DNA from: Longimicrobiales bacterium | GTDB taxonomy: Bacteria > Gemmatimonadota > Gemmatimonadetes > Longimicrobiales > Gaopeijiaceae | Assembly: GCA_965218295.1 (NCBI GenBank) | Contig: CBDCKN010000013.1 | Location: forward strand, 64,001 to 128,000 | DNA length: 64,000 nucleotides | Direction of reading: 5' to 3' | Part shown: piece by piece, positions 1 to 8,394 of the stretch | How positions within the stretch are numbered: position 1 is the first letter of the stretch | Layout: the number at the start of each line of letters is the position of its first letter | Notes under the pieces: model-generated | The model's input: the letters and a program-made list of their open reading frames with translations, nothing else | The model's database searches: none | What the model was told of the DNA's origin: nothing | Program-made: the position numbers and the translations under genes

Positions 1-702
1 GGCGCCCTTTTCCTCACGCACCATCCGCCGGATGACTCGGACCTTGGAGCCGTGATCCTCCGCTCGTCCGATATGCCAGGCCAGGTTAGGGCGATCGAAG
101 GAGCCCACGACAGGAACCGGGTCCACAAGGCCGAGCACTGCGATGACATCTTCCCGTACCCTGGGGGTGGCCGTGGCGGTCAGCGCCATGAACGGGGCCC
201 GGAGCCTTGAACGGAGCAGGCCGATGCGACGGTAGGACGGCCGGAAGTCGTGGCCCCACTCCGATATGCAATGCGCTTCGTCCACGGCCACCAGCGACAC
301 CCGGGTCGTTCGCAACGCCTCGACGAAGCCCGGGGTCTCGAGGCGCTCCGGCGCCGCGAAGAGGAGCTTCACACTCCCGTCCACGGCCTCTCGCAGCACC
401 CTCCGGCGCTGGCCGCTGGACAGTCCACTGGTGAGGAACGCGGCTGGAATCCTGGCCGCGACGGCCCGCTTCGTCTGATCCTCCATGAGTGAGATCAGGG
501 GGCTCAGCACCAGCGTGAGGCCCGGCAGGGCGAGGGCGGGCACCTGATAGCAGAGGCTCTTGCCCCCTCCCGTGGGAAGAACCCCCAGGGCGTCCCGGCC
601 CGACATCCCGGCTGCCACCAGGCGCTCTTGGCCGGGGCGGAAGGACGAGAAGCCGAAGTGCTGTTCGAGGAGCCGATGGGCCAGAGCCAGATCCGGAGAC
701 AT
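1..702 (-). CDS. recQ: RecQ-family ATP-dependent DNA helicase (runs off left edge)
   Basis: Hand translation, absent from ORF track: ATG at 702, HFGFSSFRPGQ, Walker A region VLPTGGGKSLCYQVPA. Confidence 0.9.
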   Translation of the reverse strand, partial: MSPDLALAHRLLEQHFGFSSFRPGQERLVAAGMSGRDALGVLPTGGGKSLCYQVPALALPGLTLVLSPLISLMEDQTKRAVAARIPAAFLTSGLSSGQRRRVLREAVDGSVKLLFAAPERLETPGFVEALRTTRVSLVAVDEAHCISEWGHDFRPSYRRIGLLRSRLRAPFMALTATATPRVREDVIAVLGLVDPVPVVGSFDRPNLAWHIGRAEDHGSKVRVIRRMVREEKGA

Positions 703-743
703 GCGGGACCGTCGCCCGAGCGAGTGGGCACCTCAATGACGGT

Positions 744-929
744 TCAGGCCCCCAGATCCTCCTCCTCTTCCACCGGGTCTCGGTCCGGCGTGTACCTCAC
801 CACAACGCCGGCGAGGAGCACGACCAGAGCCACCGTCACCAGCCAGGCGGCCTCCAGGAAGATGCCGGCCAAGCCGAGCACCGCGCCAATCCCGAAAAGC
901 CGGATCCTCCAGTCGAGAAGCCGTACCAT
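744..929 (-). CDS. Small two-helix membrane protein (61 aa)
   Basis: C-terminal part of ORF 744..1331. ATG overlaps the upstream stop (TGATG). Two hydrophobic segments and an acidic tail. Confidence 0.7.
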   Translation of the reverse strand: MVRLLDWRIRLFGIGAVLGLAGIFLEAAWLVTVALVVLLAGVVVRYTPDRDPVEEEEDLGA

Positions 930-1690
930 CAGTGGTCCAGAAACCGCCGGACACCCTCCCGACACGCCTCGGTCCGGCGAGCGATGGCATTCACCTCCGA
1001 GCCCTTTCTGATGGCCTCTTCGAAGCCGGCCTCGTCCAGCTCGTAGAGCAGGCTCTTGGAGAGCTCCAGCGCCGACGCCGGCTTCTGGGCGAGCATCTCG
1101 AGGAATCGGGATGTGCCGGCCTCGAAATCGGTGGCCCCGAAGACTCGGTTGACCAGCCCGATCTGCCCTGCCCTCTCGGCCGAGATCCGCTCGCCCGTGG
1201 TCAAGAGCTCGAAGGCAACGGATTCCGTGACCTTGCGCCGCAATATCGCCATGACCATGGCCGGAACAAAGCCGAGATTGACCTCCGGATAGCCGAATTC
1301 CGCGTCGTCGCTGGCCACAACCAGGTCGCACGCGGTGGCCAGCCCGCAGCCGCCTGCCAAGGCCCGTCCGTGGACCACGGCGACGATGAGCTTGGGATGA
1401 CGCCGCATCTGGATGAAGAGATTGCCCAGGGTCATGGCGTCGGCCACGCTCGCCTCGTGGGCCAGGTCGAGGGTCCGCTCCAGCTCTGCCAGGTCCGCCC
1501 CTGCACAGAAGTCCTCGCCAGCACCCCGGATGGCGATGACGCGGACCGCGTCGTCGTCGGATGCACCGTGGAGTGCCTCCGCCAGAGCAGAGATGAGCTC
1601 ACCGTTCAAGGCGTTCCGCTTCTCCGCACGGTTGAGCGTCAACCGGCAGATCCCGTCTGAGACGTGCACCTCCAAGATCGAGGACGTCAT
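929..1690 (-). CDS. Enoyl-CoA hydratase/isomerase (methylglutaconyl-CoA hydratase-like)
   Basis: Crotonase motifs LNRAEKRNALN, FCAGADL, ALAGGCGL, FGYPEVNLG. Confidence 0.93.
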   Translation of the reverse strand: MTSSILEVHVSDGICRLTLNRAEKRNALNGELISALAEALHGASDDDAVRVIAIRGAGEDFCAGADLAELERTLDLAHEASVADAMTLGNLFIQMRRHPKLIVAVVHGRALAGGCGLATACDLVVASDDAEFGYPEVNLGFVPAMVMAILRRKVTESVAFELLTTGERISAERAGQIGLVNRVFGATDFEAGTSRFLEMLAQKPASALELSKSLLYELDEAGFEEAIRKGSEVNAIARRTEACREGVRRFLDH

Positions 1691-2079
1691 GAGGGATCCT
1701 CGCCCTTGGCGGCGGGGGCTCGTCCCCGACCTCGTACGGCCTCCGCCACCTCGGCGGGCACGTCGACCTCCAAGCGGAGCAGCGCCGTGCTGAAGACCTT
1801 CCCCTGAGCGTCGTTCATGAGAGACATGGTGCCTCCCCCGTCGAGGGCGTTGTGCAGCAGGAAGTTGAGGGCGCCGAGGTTTGGCAGCTCGAAGCGCTCC
1901 ACGGGGCCGAGCACCATCCCGCCGAAATGCTCCTTCACGCGCTCCACCGTCACAACCTCCTTGAGGAGCTCGTAGTGGCTCGGATCGTAGGCGATCACGC
2001 CCACGTTGGCCGTGTCGCCCTTGTCGCCGGAGCGGGCATGCGCAAGGTCGACCAGCTGGATCCGCGAGGGCCTAGACAT
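1687..2079 (-). CDS. AtuA-related small protein
   Basis: LAHARSGDKGDTANVGVIA and ERFELPNLGALNF...DAQGK motifs. Confidence 0.85.
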   Translation of the reverse strand: MSRPSRIQLVDLAHARSGDKGDTANVGVIAYDPSHYELLKEVVTVERVKEHFGGMVLGPVERFELPNLGALNFLLHNALDGGGTMSLMNDAQGKVFSTALLRLEVDVPAEVAEAVRGRGRAPAAKGEDPS

Positions 2080-3448
2080 CGAAGACCTCCACCGTCAGAT
2101 GAGGCTCCACCGCTTCCTTCTGGATCAGGGCCGGCCAATACGCCATGATCTCCTGAACACGAGGTCTGCCCCCGGCGAAACCCGTCACCGAGGGAGGCCC
2201 GGTCAGGACCAGAGGCGCGATCTCCCGCGTGAAGCGCTCCACCGCCGTCCGGTCCCTCCCTCGCACTCCCACGCGAAGCTGCACCTCGGGCAGATCCGCC
2301 GGGGGCGGCCCCGCCAGAGCGCCGTGCGTCGAGTCCCAGCCCACCAGCTCCGTGCGCACCTCCAGGTCGAGGCCTAGGCGTTCCAGACGCTCCCGGAGCA
2401 CCCGGTCGGCCGCCCGGGCCTTGGCGGCCGCGTCGGGCCAGGCGTACGTCAGGGTGCCCACGGCCTTGAAGCCGTCGGAATAAGCGATGGACACCTTCAT
2501 GAACTCCGTGGCCTTCCGGCCCCGGACTCCTTTGATCCGGACCCGGTCGTCGCCCTCGTCCTCGAGCTCGATGGTGGTGAAGTCGGCGACGACGTCCGGA
2601 GTGATGTACGTCCGGGGATCCCCCATCTCGTAGACGATCTGCTCGGTGACCGTGCCCTGGGTGACCCGACCGCCCGATCCGTCGTTCTTGGTCACCACGA
2701 AAGTGCCGTCGGCGTTGGCCTCGATGATGGGAAAGCCGACTTCGGCCAGGTTCGGGACGGACCACCAGTCGATGAGGCAATTCCCGCCGGTGCATTGAGC
2801 GCCGCATTCGTTGATGTGCCCCGCCACCACTCCGGAGGCCAGGCGGTCCCAATCGTCCAGGGCCCACCCGAACTCGTGGATCATCGGTCCGTATGTAAGG
2901 GCCGTGTCGGTGGAGCGGCCCGTCACCACCACATCGGCTCCTAGACCGAGAGCTTGCAGGATGGGTCGGGCGCCCATGTAGACGTTGGCGCTCTGCACCC
3001 GATCACGGATGGCCCAGAGGGGCTCGTCCGTCTCCATGTTGCGGAGCTTATGGCCGTCAGCGAGGAGCCCGTTGAGCCGGTCCATGAGGTCGTCGCCCAC
3101 TACCATGCCCACGGTGGCCATTCCTCCGACTCCGGCCTCCCGTCCCACCTCGACAAGGGCCTCCGCACAGCCGCGAGGATTCACGCCACCGGCGTTGGTG
3201 ATCACCGTGATCTCTCGCTGCACGCACGTCGGGAAGATCCGGCCCATCAGGGGCACGAAGTCCCGGGCGTACCCGGCCGACGGGTCCCGGGCGCGCTGCT
3301 TCTGCATGATGGACATGGTGACCTCGGCCAGGTAGTCCATCATGAGGTAGTCGATGGGGCCGCCCTCCACCTGGCGCACGGGCGCCTCGGGATCGTCGCC
3401 CCAGAAGCCCTGTCCCGAGGCGATACGTACGACGTCCCCCTCAGCCAT
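2072..3448 (-). CDS. Acyclic terpene utilization AtuA family protein (DUF1446)
   Basis: RIASGQGFWGD, DYLAEVTM, NAGGVNP, AGHINECGAQCTGGN, EQIVYE motifs. Confidence 0.9.
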   Translation of the reverse strand: MAEGDVVRIASGQGFWGDDPEAPVRQVEGGPIDYLMMDYLAEVTMSIMQKQRARDPSAGYARDFVPLMGRIFPTCVQREITVITNAGGVNPRGCAEALVEVGREAGVGGMATVGMVVGDDLMDRLNGLLADGHKLRNMETDEPLWAIRDRVQSANVYMGARPILQALGLGADVVVTGRSTDTALTYGPMIHEFGWALDDWDRLASGVVAGHINECGAQCTGGNCLIDWWSVPNLAEVGFPIIEANADGTFVVTKNDGSGGRVTQGTVTEQIVYEMGDPRTYITPDVVADFTTIELEDEGDDRVRIKGVRGRKATEFMKVSIAYSDGFKAVGTLTYAWPDAAAKARAADRVLRERLERLGLDLEVRTELVGWDSTHGALAGPPPADLPEVQLRVGVRGRDRTAVERFTREIAPLVLTGPPSVTGFAGGRPRVQEIMAYWPALIQKEAVEPHLTVEVFDV

Positions 3449-5198
3449 GGTCCGGCCCCACAGCCCCCTCGAAGTTTGAGGTGGGGGGCCCCGCGTTCAG
3501 GTGGAAGGGTCCCACATGGGGGCCCGGGTTGTTGAGCGCGGCCCTCAGGAGATGGATCAACGCCGGCCGGAGCTCCTCGGGCAGCACGATCTCATTGACG
3601 AAGCCCCGGGCCGCCGCGAAGCGGGCGTCGAGCTGCCGGTCGTAGTCCGCGCGAACCTCGTCCATGCGGGTGCTGAGGTCCTCGTCGGGCACCTCCCCCC
3701 TGGCCTTGAGTTCCTCGAGCTGCCGACTGAAGAGCGCCATCACAGCACTGTCTCCCTCCATCACGCCCATGCGGCCGGTCGGGAGAGACAGGATGAAGTC
3801 CGGATCGAAGCCCTGCCCGGCCATGGCGTAGTAGCCCGCGCCCGATGCGTGGTTCACCGTGAGGACGAGCTTGGGCACGGTGGCCGTGGCCATGGCCTCC
3901 ACGAAGCGGGCCCCGGCGCGGATGATCCCCGAGTGCTCGGCCTCGGGTCCGACCATGAAGCCCGACACGTCCTGGACGAACAGAATTGGCGTCCGGTGGT
4001 GGTTCATGGTCTCGATGAAATACGCCACCTTCTCGGCACTCTCAGTATAGATGATCCCCCCGAAGCGTGGCGGGCCGGGCCGATCGTCCTTGATCACGGC
4101 CCGCGCGTTGGCGATGACGCCCAAGGGCATCCCTCCGATGAAACCCGTCCCGCAGATCATCTCGGCGGCATGGTCGGGCTGGAACTCGTCGAGCACCTCC
4201 CCGTCGAGAATGCACGCCAACACGGCACGCATGTCGTAGGGCTGACGGTGGTCCGCCGGGAGGAGATCATAGAGGTCCACGGGCTCACGAGCAGGGGGTG
4301 AGCCTCCTCCTTCTGCTCCTGCTCCTGCTCCCGCTCCTGCTCCTGCTCCCGCTCCTGCTCCTGCTCCCGGAGTGGGAATACGCGTGGAGGGGTCCCCGGG
4401 CAGCTCGTAGATCAGCCTCCGGAGCTTGGTCAGGCACGTCTCGTCGTCCGGCACCATGTAGTGGGCGACGCCGCTCACCTCGGTATGCACCCGGGCGCCG
4501 CCCAGCTCCTCCGAATCCACCGTCTGCCCCGTTGCCCCTTTCACGAGGTTCGGCCCCCCGAGGCCCATGAAGCTCGTCCCCTCCACCATGAGGATGACGT
4601 CGGAGAGGGCAGGCAGATATGCGCCGCCTGCGATACACGGTCCCATGACCGCTGCGAGCTGGGGAATCCCCAGATAGCGGCGCATGATGGAGTTGTAGTA
4701 GAAGATGCGAGCGGCCCCGTATTGCCCCGGAAACACGCCGCCCTGGTACGGCAGATTCACCCCAGCGGAGTCTACCAGATACACGATGGGGATGCGGCAA
4801 CGCATGGCGATCTCCTGGGCCCGGAGCATCTTCGTGATGGTCTCGGGCCACCAGGATCCCGCCTTGACGGTGGCGTCGTTTGCTACGACCACGACCTCAC
4901 GCCCTTCCACAACACCCACCCCCGTCACCACGCCTGCCCCAGGAGCCTGGCCGTCGTACTGGTCGTAGGCCACGAGCATGCCGACCTCGACCCAGGTGCT
5001 CCCGGAGTCCAGGAGCCGCCCCACCCGCTCGCGGGCCGTCAGCTTGCCCTGGTCGTGCTGGCGTTGGATCCGTTCGGGGCCGCCCCCTTGGAGGAGCGCC
5101 GAACGAAGCTCCCTGAGCTCTTCCGCCAGCGTGGCGAGGCGACCCTGGCCCAGGGTGGTCCGAGAATCCTCGGTCGCCGCGTCCCCGGGTTGGGTCAC
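3441..5198 (-). CDS. Acyl-CoA carboxylase carboxyltransferase (beta) subunit, MCC/geranyl-CoA carboxylase-like
   Basis: GKLTARERV, ANDATVKAG, LVDSAGVNLP, CIAGGAYLP, FVQDVSGFMVG. GTG start at 5198 just after the upstream stop. Confidence 0.9.
   Translation of the reverse strand: MTQPGDAATEDSRTTLGQGRLATLAEELRELRSALLQGGGPERIQRQHDQGKLTARERVGRLLDSGSTWVEVGMLVAYDQYDGQAPGAGVVTGVGVVEGREVVVVANDATVKAGSWWPETITKMLRAQEIAMRCRIPIVYLVDSAGVNLPYQGGVFPGQYGAARIFYYNSIMRRYLGIPQLAAVMGPCIAGGAYLPALSDVILMVEGTSFMGLGGPNLVKGATGQTVDSEELGGARVHTEVSGVAHYMVPDDETCLTKLRRLIYELPGDPSTRIPTPGAGAGAGAGAGAGAGAGAEGGGSPPAREPVDLYDLLPADHRQPYDMRAVLACILDGEVLDEFQPDHAAEMICGTGFIGGMPLGVIANARAVIKDDRPGPPRFGGIIYTESAEKVAYFIETMNHHRTPILFVQDVSGFMVGPEAEHSGIIRAGARFVEAMATATVPKLVLTVNHASGAGYYAMAGQGFDPDFILSLPTGRMGVMEGDSAVMALFSRQLEELKARGEVPDEDLSTRMDEVRADYDRQLDARFAAARGFVNEIVLPEELRPALIHLLRAALNNPGPHVGPFHLNAGPPTSNFEGAVGPDHG
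4314..4367. repeat. Hexamer tandem repeat (T/C)GCTCC x9 encoding (Gly-Ala)9 linker
   Basis: Nine units read directly from the sequence. Confidence 0.95.
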
Positions 5199-5199
5199 G

Positions 5200-5619
5200 T
5201 CAGACCCTTTCCTCGCGTGTGGCGAACCAATCACGGACGTACGCCACGGCATCGGCGGTGGATGTGCCGGGGCCGAAGAGCTTCCCCACTCCCTGCTCCG
5301 AGAGCGCGTGCATGTCCCCCTCGGAGATGATTCCGCCCCCGGTGAGGAGCATGTGGTCCGCGCCCTCTTCCCTGAGCAGCTCCAGGACCCTCGGAAAGAG
5401 CGTCATGTGGGCCCCCGACAGGACTGACAGGGCTACCACATCCACGTCCTCCTGGACGGCGGCACTTACGATCATCTCGGGCGTCTGATGGAGACCCGTG
5501 TAGACGACCTCGAAGCCGGCGTCCCTGAAGGACGCGGCGATGACCTTGGCTCCGCGGTCGTGGCCGTCCAACCCAGGCTTGGCCACCAGTACTCGAATCT
5601 GTCGATCCTCCGACGACAT
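5200..5619 (-). CDS. Cobalamin-binding small subunit of acyl-CoA mutase (IcmB-like)
   Basis: [12 protein letters not shown]12-binding motif, SVLSGAH, GGII. Confidence 0.93.
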   Translation of the reverse strand: MSSEDRQIRVLVAKPGLDGHDRGAKVIAASFRDAGFEVVYTGLHQTPEMIVSAAVQEDVDVVALSVLSGAHMTLFPRVLELLREEGADHMLLTGGGIISEGDMHALSEQGVGKLFGPGTSTADAVAYVRDWFATREERV

Positions 5620-5817
5620 GGGACTCTCCGTTTGGAATGCTCCGGGCGCGATCCTGTCTGGTCGCGTAAAGCGTTTCAAATCTATCGGTTTGAGAGGGGT
5701 CGTCACATGTGGCTGGACAAACAAGGCGTTCATGCATAACATCGGCCAGATTCAGGCCGTCGGACGGCAGTCCGGCCGCAGTGGGATTCAAACGCTCGAG
5801 TCTGGAGGAGATGATCG

Positions 5818-6240
5818 ATGGCGCGGATTCGTGTCACGCTGAAGTGTATCAAGATTCTCGACAAGCTCGAACCGTTCTTCAAGGAGACGGGAGAGTTCCG
5901 GTTCCGTTCGCGTGTCTCGAGTGAGAACAGTGGCGGTCTCTCGGAGGAGACCCGCTTCCCCGAGGAGGGTCACTACTCCCTCTCGGACAAGCCAGGGTGG
6001 AATTTCGTCACTCTGAACAAAGTGCTGTTCGAGGGTGATGTGGAGGACCACCTGGTCGTCGATCTGTTGGGCGAAGAGATCGACCTCCTCTCCGCCAACG
6101 ACGAGCTCGATCGGTACCGCAGGGAGTTCAAGGGACCGGTCGACGACTGGGCAGGACTCTACGAGCCTGCGGACGAGGGATCGTCGGATCCGGAAGCCAT
6201 GTCCAACTGGCGCATCAGCTACATCATAGAGAGACTCTGA
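5818..6240 (+). CDS. Hypothetical acidic protein (140 aa)
   Basis: Strong RBS GGAGGAG and host-like codon usage. No recognised family. Confidence 0.75.
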   Translation: MARIRVTLKCIKILDKLEPFFKETGEFRFRSRVSSENSGGLSEETRFPEEGHYSLSDKPGWNFVTLNKVLFEGDVEDHLVVDLLGEEIDLLSANDELDRYRREFKGPVDDWAGLYEPADEGSSDPEAMSNWRISYIIERL

Positions 6241-6255
6241 ATAGAGAGACTCTGA
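6226..6255. repeat. 15-bp tandem duplication ATAGAGAGACTCTGA including the stop codon
   Basis: Two exact copies, 6226-6240 and 6241-6255. Confidence 0.9.
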
Positions 6256-6326
6256 GTCCCTAAAAGAAGGGGAATTATAAAGAAGGGTTGCGCGTCAATG
6301 GGCAGCACAGCATGTTGGGACCTTCA

Positions 6327-6457
6327 TGGCAAGCCTCGGGAACCCCGATGACGTCGGGTTACCCGCTGAATACAAGAGCCTTGTTGGTCCGGCAGGGGTA
6401 GCTCCCCAGACCGGAGGGGGCAAATAGGTGGGATCTCCTCGTTCCTGAGGTTTGCCA
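6327..6457 (+). ncRNA. Putative structured RNA in the IS left arm
   Basis: 17-bp closing stem 6327-6343/6441-6457 with two G-U pairs (paired only on the + strand), enclosing three hairpins. Lies downstream of TTGCGC-N17-CATGTT. Confidence 0.5.
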
Positions 6458-6506
6458 ACGGCCCGGCACCACGTCGGGAAGCCACCGGGAAGCAGGGAGC
6501 CTGTCC

Positions 6507-6896
6507 ATGTCACGCCCTCTCGTGCTGTTCCTACTCGCCAGTCTCATATTCCACCAGAACTTGGCCGCCCAGAACGATGAGCCGCCCCCTGGGCGGCACC
6601 CTCTACAGACCGCCGGACTAGTTGCGGGGATTGCGGGGATTGCATCGATGTTCGCGTCCCTGAATTACTCGTACGAGTGCCCCAAAGGGCTGGAGCACAG
6701 CGACCTTGGCTATGAGTGCTACGCTGACTACGACAAGAAGCTCCACACGGAGCTGGCCCGGCCAACCATGCTATATGCCGGCATCGGCGGGCTTGTCGGG
6801 GGCGTGATTATTGCCAAGATAGGGAAGGGTCGGTCGGAGAAGGGCACGTCCGTCACGATCACACCCAACGGCGTCATCGTTGCCTATCGTTGGTGA
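6507..6896 (+). CDS. IS passenger: exported/membrane hypothetical protein (129 aa)
   Basis: Signal peptide, two Gly-rich hydrophobic helices, Cys pair, C-terminal beta-strand ending in W. RBS GGGAG. Confidence 0.75.
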   Translation: MSRPLVLFLLASLIFHQNLAAQNDEPPPGRHPLQTAGLVAGIAGIASMFASLNYSYECPKGLEHSDLGYECYADYDKKLHTELARPTMLYAGIGGLVGGVIIAKIGKGRSEKGTSVTITPNGVIVAYRW

Positions 6897-6939
6897 AGTT
6901 CGTTATTGTATAACGGTACCCACCGCAAAGGGAGGTCTG

Positions 6940-7107
6940 ATGACCAGCGAGTCGACCGAGACGACCGCAAAGCCCCCGCACGTCAAGAAGAAGCCTCGCA
7001 AGGCCGATTACAAGGGGGCCAGTCCAGAGCAGGTAGCCGAGGCGCTCTTGCGCTACCGGCCACCCGAGGAAGGCCCCAAACCAGAAAAATCTGACCGCTT
7101 CCTCTAA
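6940..7107 (+). CDS. IS passenger: small Lys/Pro-rich protein (55 aa)
   Basis: RBS AAGGGAGG before ATG 6940, with TATAAC upstream. Contains KKKPRKADYKGASPEQVAEALLRY. Confidence 0.65.
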   Translation: MTSESTETTAKPPHVKKKPRKADYKGASPEQVAEALLRYRPPEEGPKPEKSDRFL

Positions 7108-7136
7108 GCCGGTGTGGTGGGGACGGAAAGGGGGAT

Positions 7137-7209
7137 AGGCGCCGCCCGGAATCGAACCGGGAGAAACAAGGATTGCTAGCCCTGTGCCTTACCATTCGGC
7201 CACGGCGCC
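7137..7209 (-). tRNA. tRNA-like cloverleaf with tRNA-Cys-type body and atypical anticodon loop (AGC in a 7-nt loop, or an 8-nt loop CUAGCAAU); no encoded CCA
   Basis: GGCGCCG/CGGCGCC acceptor stem, U73, GCC/GGC D stem with UGGUA, CCCGG-TTCGATT-CCGGG T arm. Confidence 0.8.
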
Positions 7210-7318
7210 CCATCCCTTTCCGTCCCTTCGTAATTCGTGTAGCTTCTATATGTGACGGGTGCAAAACGGCCCTTCTCCGCCTCTCCAAAGGCGGCTCGAA
7301 AATTCCAGACAGTAAATC

Positions 7319-7350
7319 GCGCCTCACCGGGCTGAACCCCGGTGAGGCGC
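7319..7350. terminator. 13-bp GC hairpin downstream of the transposase
   Basis: GCGCCTCACCGGG-N6-CCCGGTGAGGCGC. U-tract is weak. Confidence 0.45.
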
Positions 7351-7384
7351 TCTCAATTTAACGCACTACATCTTGTGGGCAAAC

Positions 7385-8320
7385 TCAGTCGGCTATCAAT
7401 TCCTTGTACATGAGCCGCTTGCCGACCATCTCCGCGACCACGTGGCGCATCTGGTCCATGGTGTCCATGCTCCGGATGTTGTGTCTCCCTGCGAACTCAT
7501 CGACGTAGCGCTGTAGGTGCTTCGCGCTCAGCTTGTGGAACGTGCCCTTGTGGGCTCTCTTGAGGGTCGCCCAGAAGCTTTCGATACCGTTGGTATGGGC
7601 CATGCCCCTTACGTACTCTCCGACGCCGTGACGGACCGCCTCGCGATTCTGGATCCTATCGTAGGCCGCCGCCTCGTCCGTGTAGACCTTCGCGCCGGGC
7701 TTGGTGTGCTCAAGCACGAACCCCTCTAGCGTCCGGCGGGTCGTATCGTCCACGGCTTGAGCAATGACTTTGCCGGTGGCGTGATCCCTCGCACCCACTA
7801 CCGTGGCCTTGCCGACACCGCCACGGCCGGCCCGCAGCTTCTTCTGATTGTGCTTGTTGCGCTCGATTCCGCCGACGAACGTTTCGTCCACTTCGACCGG
7901 CCCTTGGAAGATGAGCGGGCCGACGTGGGCGAACGCTTCGCGGATGCGTTGCTGCATGTACCAAGCGGTGGGCTGGGAGATACCGAGATCCCGGTGGAGC
8001 TTCATGGAGGAAACGCCCTTGAGGCTCGTGCAGTCCAGGTAGATCGCGTACAGCCAGGTCTTGAGCGGCAGCGGCGATCCAGCCATGAGTGTTCCCGTCT
8101 TGACGCTGAAATACTTCCCGCAGTCACGGCAGCGATACGGCATCTTGACGTGCTTGCACTCGTAGGTGTCGAGGCCAGCGCACCGTGGGCAGTGGCGCTC
8201 TCCGGAGGACCATACGATGCCCTCGAACCACTCGCGTGCCGACTCTTCCGTAGGGAACAGCTCAGCCAGCTCCAGGAGTGTGATCCCCTTACGGTTGCTC
8301 TTGCCGGGTCCGTTCGCCAT
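7385..8320 (-). CDS. IS1595-family DDE transposase
   Basis: Zn ribbon CPRC...CRDC, VEVDETFVGG, VYTDE, HTNGIESFW, HLQRYVDEF. Confidence 0.95.
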   Translation of the reverse strand: MANGPGKSNRKGITLLELAELFPTEESAREWFEGIVWSSGERHCPRCAGLDTYECKHVKMPYRCRDCGKYFSVKTGTLMAGSPLPLKTWLYAIYLDCTSLKGVSSMKLHRDLGISQPTAWYMQQRIREAFAHVGPLIFQGPVEVDETFVGGIERNKHNQKKLRAGRGGVGKATVVGARDHATGKVIAQAVDDTTRRTLEGFVLEHTKPGAKVYTDEAAAYDRIQNREAVRHGVGEYVRGMAHTNGIESFWATLKRAHKGTFHKLSAKHLQRYVDEFAGRHNIRSMDTMDQMRHVVAEMVGKRLMYKELIAD

Positions 8321-8350
8321 CTCCATATCTCCCTTGAGGTTATACAAGAA

Positions 8351-8379
8351 AGATACAGAATAGTTGCCCGCTAGTCAAC
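8351..8379 (-). promoter_or_regulatory. Putative sigma70 promoter of the transposase, -35 overlapping the right TIR
   Basis: TTGACT-N17-TATCTT on the minus strand. Confidence 0.55.
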
Positions 8380-8394
8380 CCTTCTTTATAATTC

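Noticed and set aside
6460..6502. SRP RNA-like GGAAGCAG motif
   Set aside because: Lacks the CAGG...GNRA...AGCAG helix-8 arrangement.
7165..7186. tRNA-like RNA as an amber suppressor (CUA in loop) rescuing the comEC TAG
   Set aside because: CUA lies at loop positions 32-34, preceded by stem G residues rather than U33, so it is not positioned as an anticodon.
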